A stretch of 64,000 bases of DNA from Botryllus schlosseri (Eukaryota). The translations under genes were made by a program, and so were the position numbers. The stretch is from the NCBI GenBank assembly GCA_051294905.1, contig CM119383.1, positions 11,594,001 to 11,658,000 of the forward strand, given 5' to 3'. Under the pieces are notes generated by a model, which worked only from the letters and a program-made list of their open reading frames with translations, had not been told where the DNA came from and did not search any database. Numbering within the stretch: the first letter of the stretch is position 1; the number at the start of each line of letters is the position of its first letter. This document shows, one piece after another, positions 37,701 through 55,338 of the stretch.

Positions 37701-39469
37701 GCTACAAGCTGTAAAATGTCAAATGATAAGTTCACCGACAGTGCAAAATCTACGATAGAAACGAAATGCAGGTTGCAAAAAAGTTTGAACTATGTAAACA
37801 ATTTTGACATTTTTTGACCTAACGCTACAATTTTGACTTTTTTTGACATGTCAAAAAAAATCGGCCTATTCATCAGTTTTGCCGAGCCGTAACACCCTTA
37901 GAAATAAGAACGATATGGCAACCCTTTGCATGGTTATGTGGTGACCAATCAAATTCAGTAGCCGCTAAATCCTGATGCCATGTGAACATTATTTGCGTTC
38001 CACATCATGTGAAAAGGCTCATGCGGACAGAAATAGCTTTCCACCTCCTTCGTTTTGGCTCTAAAATTCAGTAATATTAATGCTAGCACCCAGTGATTGT
38101 TTTGTCGCATTCTAGCCTACTACGATTCTTTATTATTCGGGCAATACACTTGTGCAACCAACACAGTCGGCGAATTATGCTGATCTTGATTTCATGCAAA
38201 AGATGATACGAGATCCCTAGGCCTATTGAGAGTTGTCAGTGTTCAAAGTGATATTCTACACCAGTGGTCGGGAACCTTTTTCGTCTGAAGAGCCATGTTA
38301 GCCCTATATTTTCCATTTTAACTCCCAAAGAGCCATACAGGTTAATCAATTGTTATGTCATTATTGAAAATTCGTGACGTCATTGTAGTACAAATTCGAA
38401 CTCACTACATGGAATTTGTAGTCGGTGCCATATATTCTCTGTAAAAACTCGTAGGCTACTAATCATCCTGGGATAGTGCAATTCATCGTAAATAGCTCAG
38501 AATTTATTATAACTGATATTAATCTAATATAGGCCTTACTATAGCACTGATTCCGAAAATCTTAATATTGATCGACTTCTCAATTAGGCGGTAACATAAA
38601 CGTTGCACTACACGCCCACTACATTTTAACGCCAGTTATAGAAAGTTACTTATCAATTTGGACGTGGATAGCGAAGCGTTGTTCGTAATTTGAATTTGTA
38701 ATTGGCATGTCACTTCCAATGCAGTTCATTTATCGGCGTAGATCGGAAGACAATGTGTATTTTAAAAACTGGATTGTCACACAGGCGTCTCCATGTATGC
38801 TATTCTCTTAATAAACCAACGTATGGTGCAATCCAAGATTATACGCAGCGCGCGATCCCTGGTAGGCCTACATCGCATTCTCGAGAGATATTGGTCGCTG
38901 GCGCTATAGCAGCTTAAATTTGAGGATTTTGTAAAGGGGTCCGAGCCCTCAACCCTGGATAGGCCCATGCATCGACATGCTGTCCCGAGAATAATTATTT
39001 CGGCCGTTTAAAAAAATTAACTAACAAGTTGCTGCAATATCAATAAAATTAAGTACAAAATAAAAAAATATGTCAAAGAGCCATATCTTATACCCAAAAG
39101 AGCCATAGGTTCCACTGTTCTACACAAAGGTAGTTAGCAACAAAGTAGGCTACTTTTACTTTTTTGGAGTACTCAAGTAGATTTTGCGTGTTTGCACTAC
39201 TTAACATGTGTTTCTACTTCACAGTGCAGTTTATGAGGCAAACTATGACTCGAATACTTACAGTTTTTCTTACATGGCAATATAGTCTTCTACTTGAGTA
39301 CCAACAATGAATACTTTGACCTCCTGAATCACAAGAAAAAATCTGAAATGTGATACAAGTACAGTCAGCAGTTAAGAGTTTATGGATACCGCATCAGAAA
39401 TCATATATAGTACCCGTACTGCAAATTATACTGCCTATGATTTATGATACACATTTTTTTCAGTTCTAG
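34786..39469 (+). CDS. ARPC4: Actin-related protein 2/3 complex subunit 4 (p20-Arc)
   Basis: GT-AG exons 34786-34788 (ATG), 34980-35087, 35183-35305, 36564-36659, 36722-36892 and 39464-39469 (F-stop). Peptides [20 protein letters not shown] and [20 protein letters not shown]. Confidence 0.96.
37052..37868 (-). mobile_element. Second copy of the hAT deletion derivative (in the last ARPC4 intron)
   Basis: Collinear with 29492-30384 throughout. The termini are degenerate and no clear TSD was found. Confidence 0.82.
38262..39117. mobile_element. Non-autonomous hAT element
   Basis: CAGTGG...GAACCT / AGGTTCCACTG ends and TSD TTCTACAC (38254-38261 and 39118-39125). Confidence 0.85.
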
Positions 39470-40375
39470 GACGCCGCTTTCTATGCATTACTCTCATTCA
39501 CAACAGTGCCAGTAATTCGACACCTACGGAAGGGGAATCTCTATTCAACGAGTCAAAATTACCCGAATGTATTTCGACGTCCTCCGTCATTCGGAGTGCT
39601 TGAAATTTCTCCCCGTACTGTATTTGAGATGGGTTTCTGCCTTACTTGTATGTACCCAGAATGATATAGAATATATTTCATCTTTCTACGCTATTGTTAT
39701 ACAATGTAATGGTCCTATTGATTCTTTTTCAATCATGAGAATGTAACGACAAAAGCTTGCGGCGTTTTCAAATTTCGGATTCTGTATTGTATATTTAGGT
39801 GACCAAATTGCGCTTTACTTCTTATATGACAGGCTTTGCTCTTGAGAGCCTTTTCCATCGCTTGCGCTATCTACTTTATACCTTATGCCTAGTGATTTAT
39901 CGAAAGTTTCCACAAACCCAAATGCTCTCATAATAGTTGGCTGTTGCATAGTGATTGAGCGGTTCTTCAAGTTGGTTTGAAAAATGGCTCATATAGTCGT
40001 ATTGTTGAATAGTGCTTTATGGCCTATTTCGATGGTCCTTATTGCTCTTTGAAATTTCCTGTATGGGCATTAGTGCAGTGAATTCTTTGAAGCGATGTGA
40101 TACAGTCTCATACAGACGTATCTTAACAGCTGAAATCCCAGTGGTTGAGTCATTTAGGCGGAGTAGTTGTTTTCTTCGAAACTGTTATTGTATGTTATAA
40201 AATTCTTAATATGACACTGATAATATCAATAACAATTCATTTGGAAGAAGTGTTACATTTTTGGTGCTGACTTGGCTGCTTGTATCTTGCTGCTCAGTGA
40301 CAGGGACGGTCAGTAAGAAAATATACTGTTTCAGATTCAGTCTACTTACACAGTAGTAGGGTTTTTATCTACACC

Positions 40376-41399
40376 CAGTGCGTAGCAGAGAGGGGGGGGG
40401 TCGGAGGTCGAAACTTCCCCTTTTGAAACGCGAAACCCCATCCTTTTGATACAAACCATTCTGACGCTAATATTCAGTTGCAATTCAATAAGTGGTTGCG
40501 CGCGGCCAATCAGCGAGAGGCGTGTTGTGCACAGTACAACGCAACGTGATCTCCCCGCTGAGATGATTGCGAAATTAGGTCATTGATTGCCACGCGCTCG
40601 ACAATCGTCGCTGGCCTGATTTATCGCGTCTCAAACAAGCCTAGTTCCGCTGGCGTGAAGAATCGCATCTGCGATAGGTCCTGTGCGCACTATACCATCA
40701 CTGGCTTTCACAATCGCATCTGCAATAGGCTCGGTGCGCACTATACCATCGCTGGCCTGTACAATCGCATCTGCAATAAGCCTGGTACGAAAGATATCGC
40801 TGGGCTAACTATCGCGTCTCGGGCCTTGCATGCTTTGGCTCCTATCTCCCGATAGCTTGGAGACAATAGCGTTATGTGTATGCTGATTAGTGATTGTGAT
40901 TCAAGAGTGACAACGCAAAACTGAATGCCATCGAATGTCCGCAAATATGTGCCTGCTGCGTACATGCGTAATTGATTTCCGCTAATATTTAAATATAACC
41001 ATCAGAAGATGTGTGTCAAAGCTTGAGTTATAAAAGATGAAAGGTTTGAACCACCTGGAATCGGCGTCATTACAGAACAGATTCCATAAAAACTGGGGAC
41101 ACTTTGACTTGCCCAAATCGTCGCTGAGGCTATGTAATACGCGTTGATAAGCGCGCGTATTTGATTGTTCACGAGAGATCAAGGTATAGAAATTTCTATA
41201 GATCAAGGACTCGCTAATTGACAGCACTTCCGGTTCCGGACTCCTCGCGGCAACCTTTTCATACGCGTAAGTTCGTCGACACGAGGAGATTGTATGATCG
41301 TCGTTTACGCATGTAGGTGTAACTCTAATGCATTGATGCAATATTTATAAATTCGAAAAAAATCGAAACCCCCTTATTTTTCGGCTGGCTACGCGTCCG
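40376..41399. mobile_element. hAT-type element carrying a tandem-repeat cargo
   Basis: Ends CAGTGCGTAGC / GCTACGCGTCCG with G- and C-runs. The TSD TCTACACC lies at 40368-40375, and the right copy is split by the next element. Confidence 0.8.
40661..40810 (+). repeat. 51-bp tandem repeat, about 3 units
   Basis: aatcgcatctgc starts at 40661, 40712 and 40763. It translates as 17-aa NRIC..L.AHYTIAGL units. Confidence 0.85.
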
Positions 41400-41406
41400 T
41401 CTACAC

Positions 41407-41823
41407 CAGTGGTTCCCAACCTTTTTTGCCTTCGTTCCCCACTTTAGATTTATTCCGAACCTTCATTCCCCACAGCTCAAAACTTCTGTCATTACGGAAC
41501 AGCTATTTGTTTGTTCAATACACACAACCACTCCAGTACGCAAGACAATCGCCTATAACTGCAACATAAAACGTATTGTGGACTGATACCGGTAACCCTC
41601 AAAATTTAGCAAAAGCGTTATTTCACGTCATACTGGTCGTGCTGGATGCGTTTTTGTGAACAACAATATAATTTTCGATACATACATTCCAGAGCAGTTA
41701 ACTGTTAGCGGTAATTGCGCATGTATCTCCGTAAATATGTGGAAAGTCCTGTATATAGTGTTTAAGAAATGGGTCTATTCTCCACCATAAACCATTGAAT
41801 TCCCCACCGGTTGGGAATCACTG
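41407..41823. mobile_element. hAT MITE
   Basis: TIR CAGTGGTTCCCAACC/GGTTGGGAATCACTG and TSD GTCTACAC (41399-41406 and 41824-41831). Confidence 0.9.
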
Positions 41824-42364
41824 GTCTACACCTTCTTGAAAAAACATGTATTGCTTCGTTGGTCATCCTGGACCAATGCTGAAAAAGGACTGCATGCGGA
41901 CAGTATTTGTATTCGCTTGCTCAAACATCTACGTATTGCAGATGTAAGTAGCGCAAGCTCTTCTGATATTAATGCGCATTTCGCACTGCAGAATGTGAGG
42001 CCAATCTAGTATATAATCAGCATTGGTTATTAATACAATACTCAGTCATTATATTCAAGTTTTCTCAAGCTGTATTATGGTACTGAAATGAGCATGAGCT
42101 ATCTTTTTGCTTCGTCGGGAATAATAAGTAAAAACAACATCCCCATCAGATTTAGCAACCAAGTCAAGCAATCTCAAACCCACCACCATACAAGAAATTG
42201 ACAGTCTGCATTATCCACACTTTATTCACAAAATTGGAAGTCTTGGCAAGAACTCATATCCCGCGTCATGCCATTAATATAACGCAATGCAACGAGTATC
42301 ACAAACTCAATGATTTCAGAGAATAAATTACGACGAATCGCCAAAAATACAAGACGGCTACGTT

Positions 42365-42428
42365 CACTTCAATTCGGACATTTTCCCTTGCGAAACACAA
42401 TTTAGAATCATGTCGTCATAGCAGTTGC
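42365..42428 (-). promoter_or_regulatory. SECIS element (type II) in the TGR 3' UTR
   Basis: Minus strand ATGAC-GACATGATTCT-AAA-TTGTG(TTT)CGCAA-G-GGAAAATGTC-CGAAT: AUGA/GA core, about 11-nt helix II, AAA bulge and apical mini-helix, about 230 nt after the stop. Confidence 0.8.
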
Positions 42429-42648
42429 ACTCTGTAAAGCGTAACACACATGAACAGTCGCAGATGACGGACTCGGCAAACGCGAGACATTTGTCAGCGT
42501 TATCCGCGACGGTTTATATGCGTCGCTCTCAAAATTGCAATGAAGTTTCGCAGCCATCACAGAAATGATAGTCACCCCACCGCTAACCAACCATTTTCGT
42601 TAGTACGTCACACGTTCAAGAAAATGATTGGAGTTGAAGCGGTAGGGT

Positions 42649-49956
<7,308 letters not shown>

Positions 49957-50199
49957 GACTTGCGATTCTATTTTGGCCAATTTGGCAACTGGCTCAGAGC
50001 TTTCCGCGGGCGACTCAATCTTCACCGTCGGTGTGACAAGTAAAATGAGACCGAAGCCTGGCGCGCGAACTCGACTAGGTCAACAAATCGCTGAAAAAAC
50101 TGACGTTTGTTCGCGATGCGCGATTGTTGCTGAGTCATTATTGCGTTCGAGGACGCGGTAACAACTCTGACAAACAACAACAAAATCAACACCATGAAT

Positions 50200-50590
50200 T
50201 TTTAACACAATCAATCAATTTATCAGTCAATTTGTTATTAACAATTTCATCATTTCAATACACCACGAGACACGATACAATGAAAAGATAGGAAGGTGCC
50301 GAAACGACTTGGAGTAGACATCCACTTGCCTTGGCGACGTAAAAGGAAGCATGCACTGATCACTGAATGAAAAGTAAATGAAGTTACTATAAAAAGAACA
50401 GGCAATAAAAATGAGGTGGTATGAGTCGGAATGCGAGATCGATATGTCAGGTCGTGGTCATAGGTATACTTGAGGGCTGATTCAGTAGAACTTCTTGTAT
50501 ACTATTTCGACTTGAATGTGGACAGCGGACACTGGAAAACATGCTCGACGACTGTCGGATAGAAGCTATGATGATAGTATTTTACATCTG
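50200..50590 (-). mobile_element. L2-like LINE 3' fragment upstream of TGR
   Basis: Collinear with 1240-1560 (caatacaccac...aaaagataggaaggtg...cactgaatgaaaagt...catgctcg.cgactgtcggat). Confidence 0.8.
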
Positions 50591-52014
50591 TAAACGACTA
50601 TATGATAGGCTATGAAAATATAGCAATACCAAATGTTCTTTCAGAAATGGCCTATCGTATCATACAAATCACTTCTCAACAAATTGACGTACGCAAGAGA
50701 TGAGGAGAGGGTACATTGCCATGTTTTTGTTTATGCATCATTTCCATTGTGGTGACTGTCACCCGAAATTTTAAGACTTATTCACGTCCGAAAGTGATGC
50801 CAATGCATAACATTAGTACAACTATAGTCACATTCGATAGTACGACAAACATATGTTCACGCTGTAGCATTCCGACCGAACAATACGGCCATATAGGACC
50901 GCAATCCAGGCCCAACCCCGAATTGGGGCGAAGCGTGCTTGAAGCGGGGTCAAAATTATTTCGTAAATCATGACAAAAACTCATATTTTTTTCTTTTGGA
51001 GATATATTTAACTGAGAATTTTCTTCGTGCTTCGCGTTTCTTTGTTAGATGTCGGCCAACATGCGACTCTGTGAAGTGTGACGCTAAAAGATATAGGCGG
51101 TAGGAAGACTCGGCCGAAAATGAATTACGTATGTTCGCAGAAACCTCCGACCGATATGAATAAAGTAGCCAATATATATCCATTTTCCAAATATTCATTA
51201 TCCATAGGCAGCTAAATGGCCGTCGTCGAATACCGTGTCCAGTCCATGCAATCTAGCTGAGCCCCACGGTAGCCCACAAATGTCACCCCAGAAGATGCGC
51301 CCGGTCGTGAAGAAATGCCAATTTGGAATCGTATGCGTCTCACGACAGAAGTTCACTGGCTAAATATATAACTCAAATATTACAAGCGTATCAATCTCCA
51401 AGTAGGTAGTCGTAAAGTGAACCCAGCCCTGGTTGATATGATACCAGTTCAGATATGTTAAAGTTAAATTTTCACTGTTACGTTGACATCGAGTCCATGA
51501 TACAACAACCCTGTCTATTATTTTCTAGCCGAAACGTCATCGTCTGTTTGCGCATCTTTGCGACTGAATGAGCGGATGAAGTAATTATGCCTAAATTGAT
51601 CAGATCTGTTATTCAGTTAATCGATCGCTGACAGCTCGTCCGTTGGTGTAGGGTTAGTCCGCTCTATAACCAAGTAAAATCATTAAATTCTTCACGTCAG
51701 CAACTCATGAACAGTCCAGCCTGCGGCGCCCTGTTCAACGTGATTTCTAAGGGCGGAGTTCCATTTATGTAAATCTTAAAATTTTTCGTTAATATATGCT
51801 GCTGCGTCTGCTTAACGTCCCTCAGACTGTTGTGTAATTCTGATTCTCACTAGTATTTTGCCAAGCGGCTTTATTTGAATCTCTGCCATTGTACCGATAA
51901 CTCTTGATAAAGGGCACGCCGAAAAGAGTAAATAAATTATACTGCAATGAATATAGTCTGGAAATCAATATCCACGTTTAGTACCGCTCGTCACTTATAC
52001 CAAACACGTCGTGA

Positions 52015-52137
52015 TTACCAGGCGCATTCAGCATGTCTAACGCTCATAACCCACATCCAAATACTTTCCAGTCTTTCTCTGGTATCCCGCCACTCTAAAT
52101 CAATCCAATCCTCCATGTCTTTCAATAGCGGCGACAT
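52015..52137 (-). CDS. Hypothetical 40-aa Trp-rich ORF
   Basis: The ATG is 2 nt after a strong acceptor (TTTTTTCCATAG at 52140), and this is the only open frame after it. MSPLLKDMEDWIDLEWRDTRERLESIWMWVMSVRHAECAW has no homolog I recognise. Confidence 0.25.
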   Translation of the reverse strand: MSPLLKDMEDWIDLEWRDTRERLESIWMWVMSVRHAECAW

Positions 52138-52265
52138 GTCTATGGAAAAAAGTCGGACAATACAGAGAAATAGGGGCATACACCAGGACAAATCAGTATC
52201 GGCAGTGAGCAGCTCACATACATGAAAAATAATGTAAGCTTAGCAGACAAGCGAATATGATAATG

Positions 52266-54060
52266 TCATCGCAGATTTGGATTATATTCTCTAAGTAGTT
52301 CCTTGATCTGGTCATTACTCATGTACTCAGAAGATGTCAGGATGTTCATTATTGCGATGACGTGATTCTCATTCACGCTAGCTATATGAATCTTCCCGTT
52401 CATACCGACGATAGTCTCGAATTTAAAATGTTTTCCAAGCTCGGACATGAGCGCGCAGTCCAAAGACAAAATTTTCCGGATCAAATGAAGCGAAACAGTG
52501 ACTAGTAGCCCATCTGCCGAGACCAGGCCCATTCCGTTGGCTTTTCCAGTAGCCGTGTCTACACAGCTCATTTCAGGCTCCATGTCGTGACCGGCGGATA
52601 TGAGCTTTCCAAAAACGATATCACCGTTCTGTATGTTCGGCTTGTTTCGCTTGGACGCGCCTTCGAATGCCAAGTTATGAAGCATCGCCTGCAGAAATGA
52701 TCAGCATGTAAGGATACTAGATTAGATGACCAATACAGAATTCATCAACATACGCTAATTAATTTCTTATACTTAAAGCTCTGAGGTATTATTGAGGGTG
52801 ATTCCTTTTGAAGCAGGGTTGTAATGACAGTCACGATTTTTTAGTGACTCTACTTGACTTGAGTCAATTTGTGTACCAACTCGACTTGTACTCGAGTTAT
52901 TGAGCATGACTTGAACCAAGTGATATGACTCGAGACTAGGACGGCCAACACAGACATTTCATCGTAACTTCGAAGAATAGTACAGTTACCAAGTGGATTG
53001 AACTGAAAAATGAACAGAGAACATAATGACTTGGACTCGAGTTAAAACACTACGACTCGGACTCGACACTCTACTAGATGACTTGGTGGTAAGGTGAAAA
53101 TGACTCGACTTGACCAGAGTCAAAACAATAAAAGTGAGATTGACTTGTGACTCGGAACCTTGCGACTTGGTTACAAACCCTGATTTGAAGTCGAGTAATG
53201 AGGCTCGAGTTTTAGAGTATCACCCGTTATCATGTCATACACATCTGGAAAATGTGAAAAGCTGACATATATTCTTTTCATTCGACCACCAGTCAGATAT
53301 TTCCAGTTCAGCATGGTCAGGAATAATTTCTCAAGTGTCTACCATATAGATGACATGACATATTGTGACAATACTGCGGGTTCTAAGAAATATAGCTTTA
53401 TGAAAATGCGCAGGATAGCCAGTTGCCAAATCTCTTGGATTTCGTGATGAGAAGGAATTACTCGTACTATAATTCTTAGCCGCATAAATCGAGTACTAAG
53501 CAATACTAAACTAGAATCAACAAAATCAATGCTTGACTAGAATTCGAGTACTCACAAGTCCCAATCATTGAACCCAATCCTACTCATCACAAATCACGAT
53601 TAATATCATCAATTTTAACAACATACCTCAGCTTGAATTGAAGGCATACCATATTATGAATGTTGTTGCAAGAATCTCAAATATCTAATCTCTAATATTC
53701 TTATAAAATTGAAGCCCACTGTTATATACAAGAGGGGCAGATCATATCATCAACACTTACATAATCACTGCTGCCGATATCTACTTTGTACGCATCTCCC
53801 ACTTTACCCATGACAACACCCAGCACCGTCTCTCCCTTTGTCGGAACGTACCGCTTCTGGTGCGATTCCACCCAGAAGGTACATGGTTTCTTGTGCCGAA
53901 ATATTCCTGTTTTGCAAACGATGACGTCATCCAACACTTGTCGAAGGCCTGGCCCCAGCTTGACACGCTCACCGTCGTCTGCTATCGACGCGACAGCGTC
54001 GGTGATCGTCTCTCCAGGCATAACAATCTCGCCTATTACGTCCTTCCACGAGCACTTCAT
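52266..54060 (-). CDS. EXOSC3: Exosome complex component RRP40
   Basis: Exons 54060-53761 and 52688-52266 (GTAAGT...CTGCAG). Motifs VIGEIVMPGE, KLGPGLR, QKRYVP, LAFEGASKRNKPN, MEPEMSC and VGMNGKI. Confidence 0.95.
52814..53182. mobile_element. MITE with gactcgagtc repeats in the EXOSC3 intron (related sequence near 19250-19330)
   Basis: TIR CAGGGTTGTAA/TTACAAACCCTG and TSD TTTTGAAG/ATTTGAAG (7 of 8 match). Confidence 0.8.
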
Positions 54061-54073
54061 TTCCAAGTTTCGA

Positions 54074-54292
54074 TCAAGTTTTACGTGCACGAAGTCTTGA
54101 GGTGCTGCCAGCTTTTACTTTATCTCCGTGTTGCTTCTGATCGTCAGACGGCGACCCGAATATCGCTTGAAAGAGGCTGAACCGCCGTAGAAACAGTTTC
54201 CACACAATCACCCACAGCACAAAGATGAAGGCAAACACTACCGCTACACTTCCGATCACTATGAATATATTTAACACAGTGTCTTGGAGCAT
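54074..54292 (-). CDS. SMIM13: Small integral membrane protein 13-like (72 aa, single TM)
   Basis: MLQDTVLNIFIVIGSVAVVFAFIFVLWVIVWKLFLRRFSLFQAIFG resembles the SMIM13 signature VWHLFLSKFKFLRELVG after a TM helix (recalled, not searched). Acceptor CTTTTCTTTTCTAG lies 20 nt upstream. Confidence 0.72.
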   Translation of the reverse strand: MLQDTVLNIFIVIGSVAVVFAFIFVLWVIVWKLFLRRFSLFQAIFGSPSDDQKQHGDKVKAGSTSRLRARKT

Positions 54293-54879
54293 GCTATTCC
54301 GATAGCAGCAATCTAGAAAAGAAAAGTACATTCGAAAACACACGCCAGCCAGTGACCTCAACACCTAAGAGTTGAGAGAAACATACGAAGCCAGGAAAAT
54401 TGAAGCTAGATTGAGGAAAAATTTTCCACCCTTTGCTACATGAGAATGCGTACAAGTCGCTCAATAAAAGCAACAATATGATTGAAATAAGAAATCAATA
54501 AACCAACCGCGTTGGCAATCAATGCAATGAAACAAGAGTTCATAGCTTGTGGGGTCACGCTTGACTAGGCTTGGGAGTTAGAGCAATTGACACACTTGGT
54601 TAAAACCCAGCTCCCAATCAGATGATTCTGAGTGTAAATTGTATTGGGAGTTGGAGTTTTGAGCAAGATGCCAAGACAGAGTCTTAATTACGTTCATGAA
54701 AGGCCCGGGCGTATCCTACAACACGAGTCGCTACTTCAAAGCCGACCGAGCTCTCATCAAAATGGCGAATTGTAACTTGACGGAATCAGGGTCGCAATAT
54801 GAAAATACATTTAGAATCAGGATTGTACTACCATAGGAATTTGTGAGATTCCCCAGCCCTAAAAACGGGCTTACGTATA

Positions 54880-55338
54880 TCATGAAGAATCAGGAATGTT
54901 GTCACCATCATATGCAATGTTTCCCATCGGAGAGATATAGTAGCCTTCAAAAGTTTGTTGCGCTAGAGATGCAATATCCGGGTTGGTTTCAATTACATCA
55001 TCATTTCTCAAAGGTAGCTCAATATCTTCCAGCACGGTGACCATAGGCTCAATGCCTTCAGTGTCCACGAGCCGGATTTGATCCGCAAATCGAATCGCAG
55101 ACTCGAGTCTTTCCACAGCTTTCGTATCTTCGAAATTTACCAACGACAAACGCTCCAAGCGCTTTGCCAACTCAAGTGATACTTTTGTAGGCGGAGGGAG
55201 TTCAGCTTCTGAAGTATGTTTCCAAATAGGCTTAGTGGGGATAAGATCAGATGCTTTCATCAAAGCGGTGTAAGTTGATAATGCTCTGCAACACGGAATC
55301 CCCAAGAGCTTTGGAAGTCTTGCGACACAGCTCATCAT
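54880..55338 (-). CDS. GATC: Mitochondrial glutamyl-tRNA(Gln) amidotransferase subunit C, intronless
   Basis: N-terminal presequence-like region, then LERLSLVNF..AVERLESAIRFADQI..VDTEGIEPM..LRND..EGYYISP.GNI. Confidence 0.9.
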   Translation of the reverse strand: MMSCVARLPKLLGIPCCRALSTYTALMKASDLIPTKPIWKHTSEAELPPPTKVSLELAKRLERLSLVNFEDTKAVERLESAIRFADQIRLVDTEGIEPMVTVLEDIELPLRNDDVIETNPDIASLAQQTFEGYYISPMGNIAYDGDNIPDSS

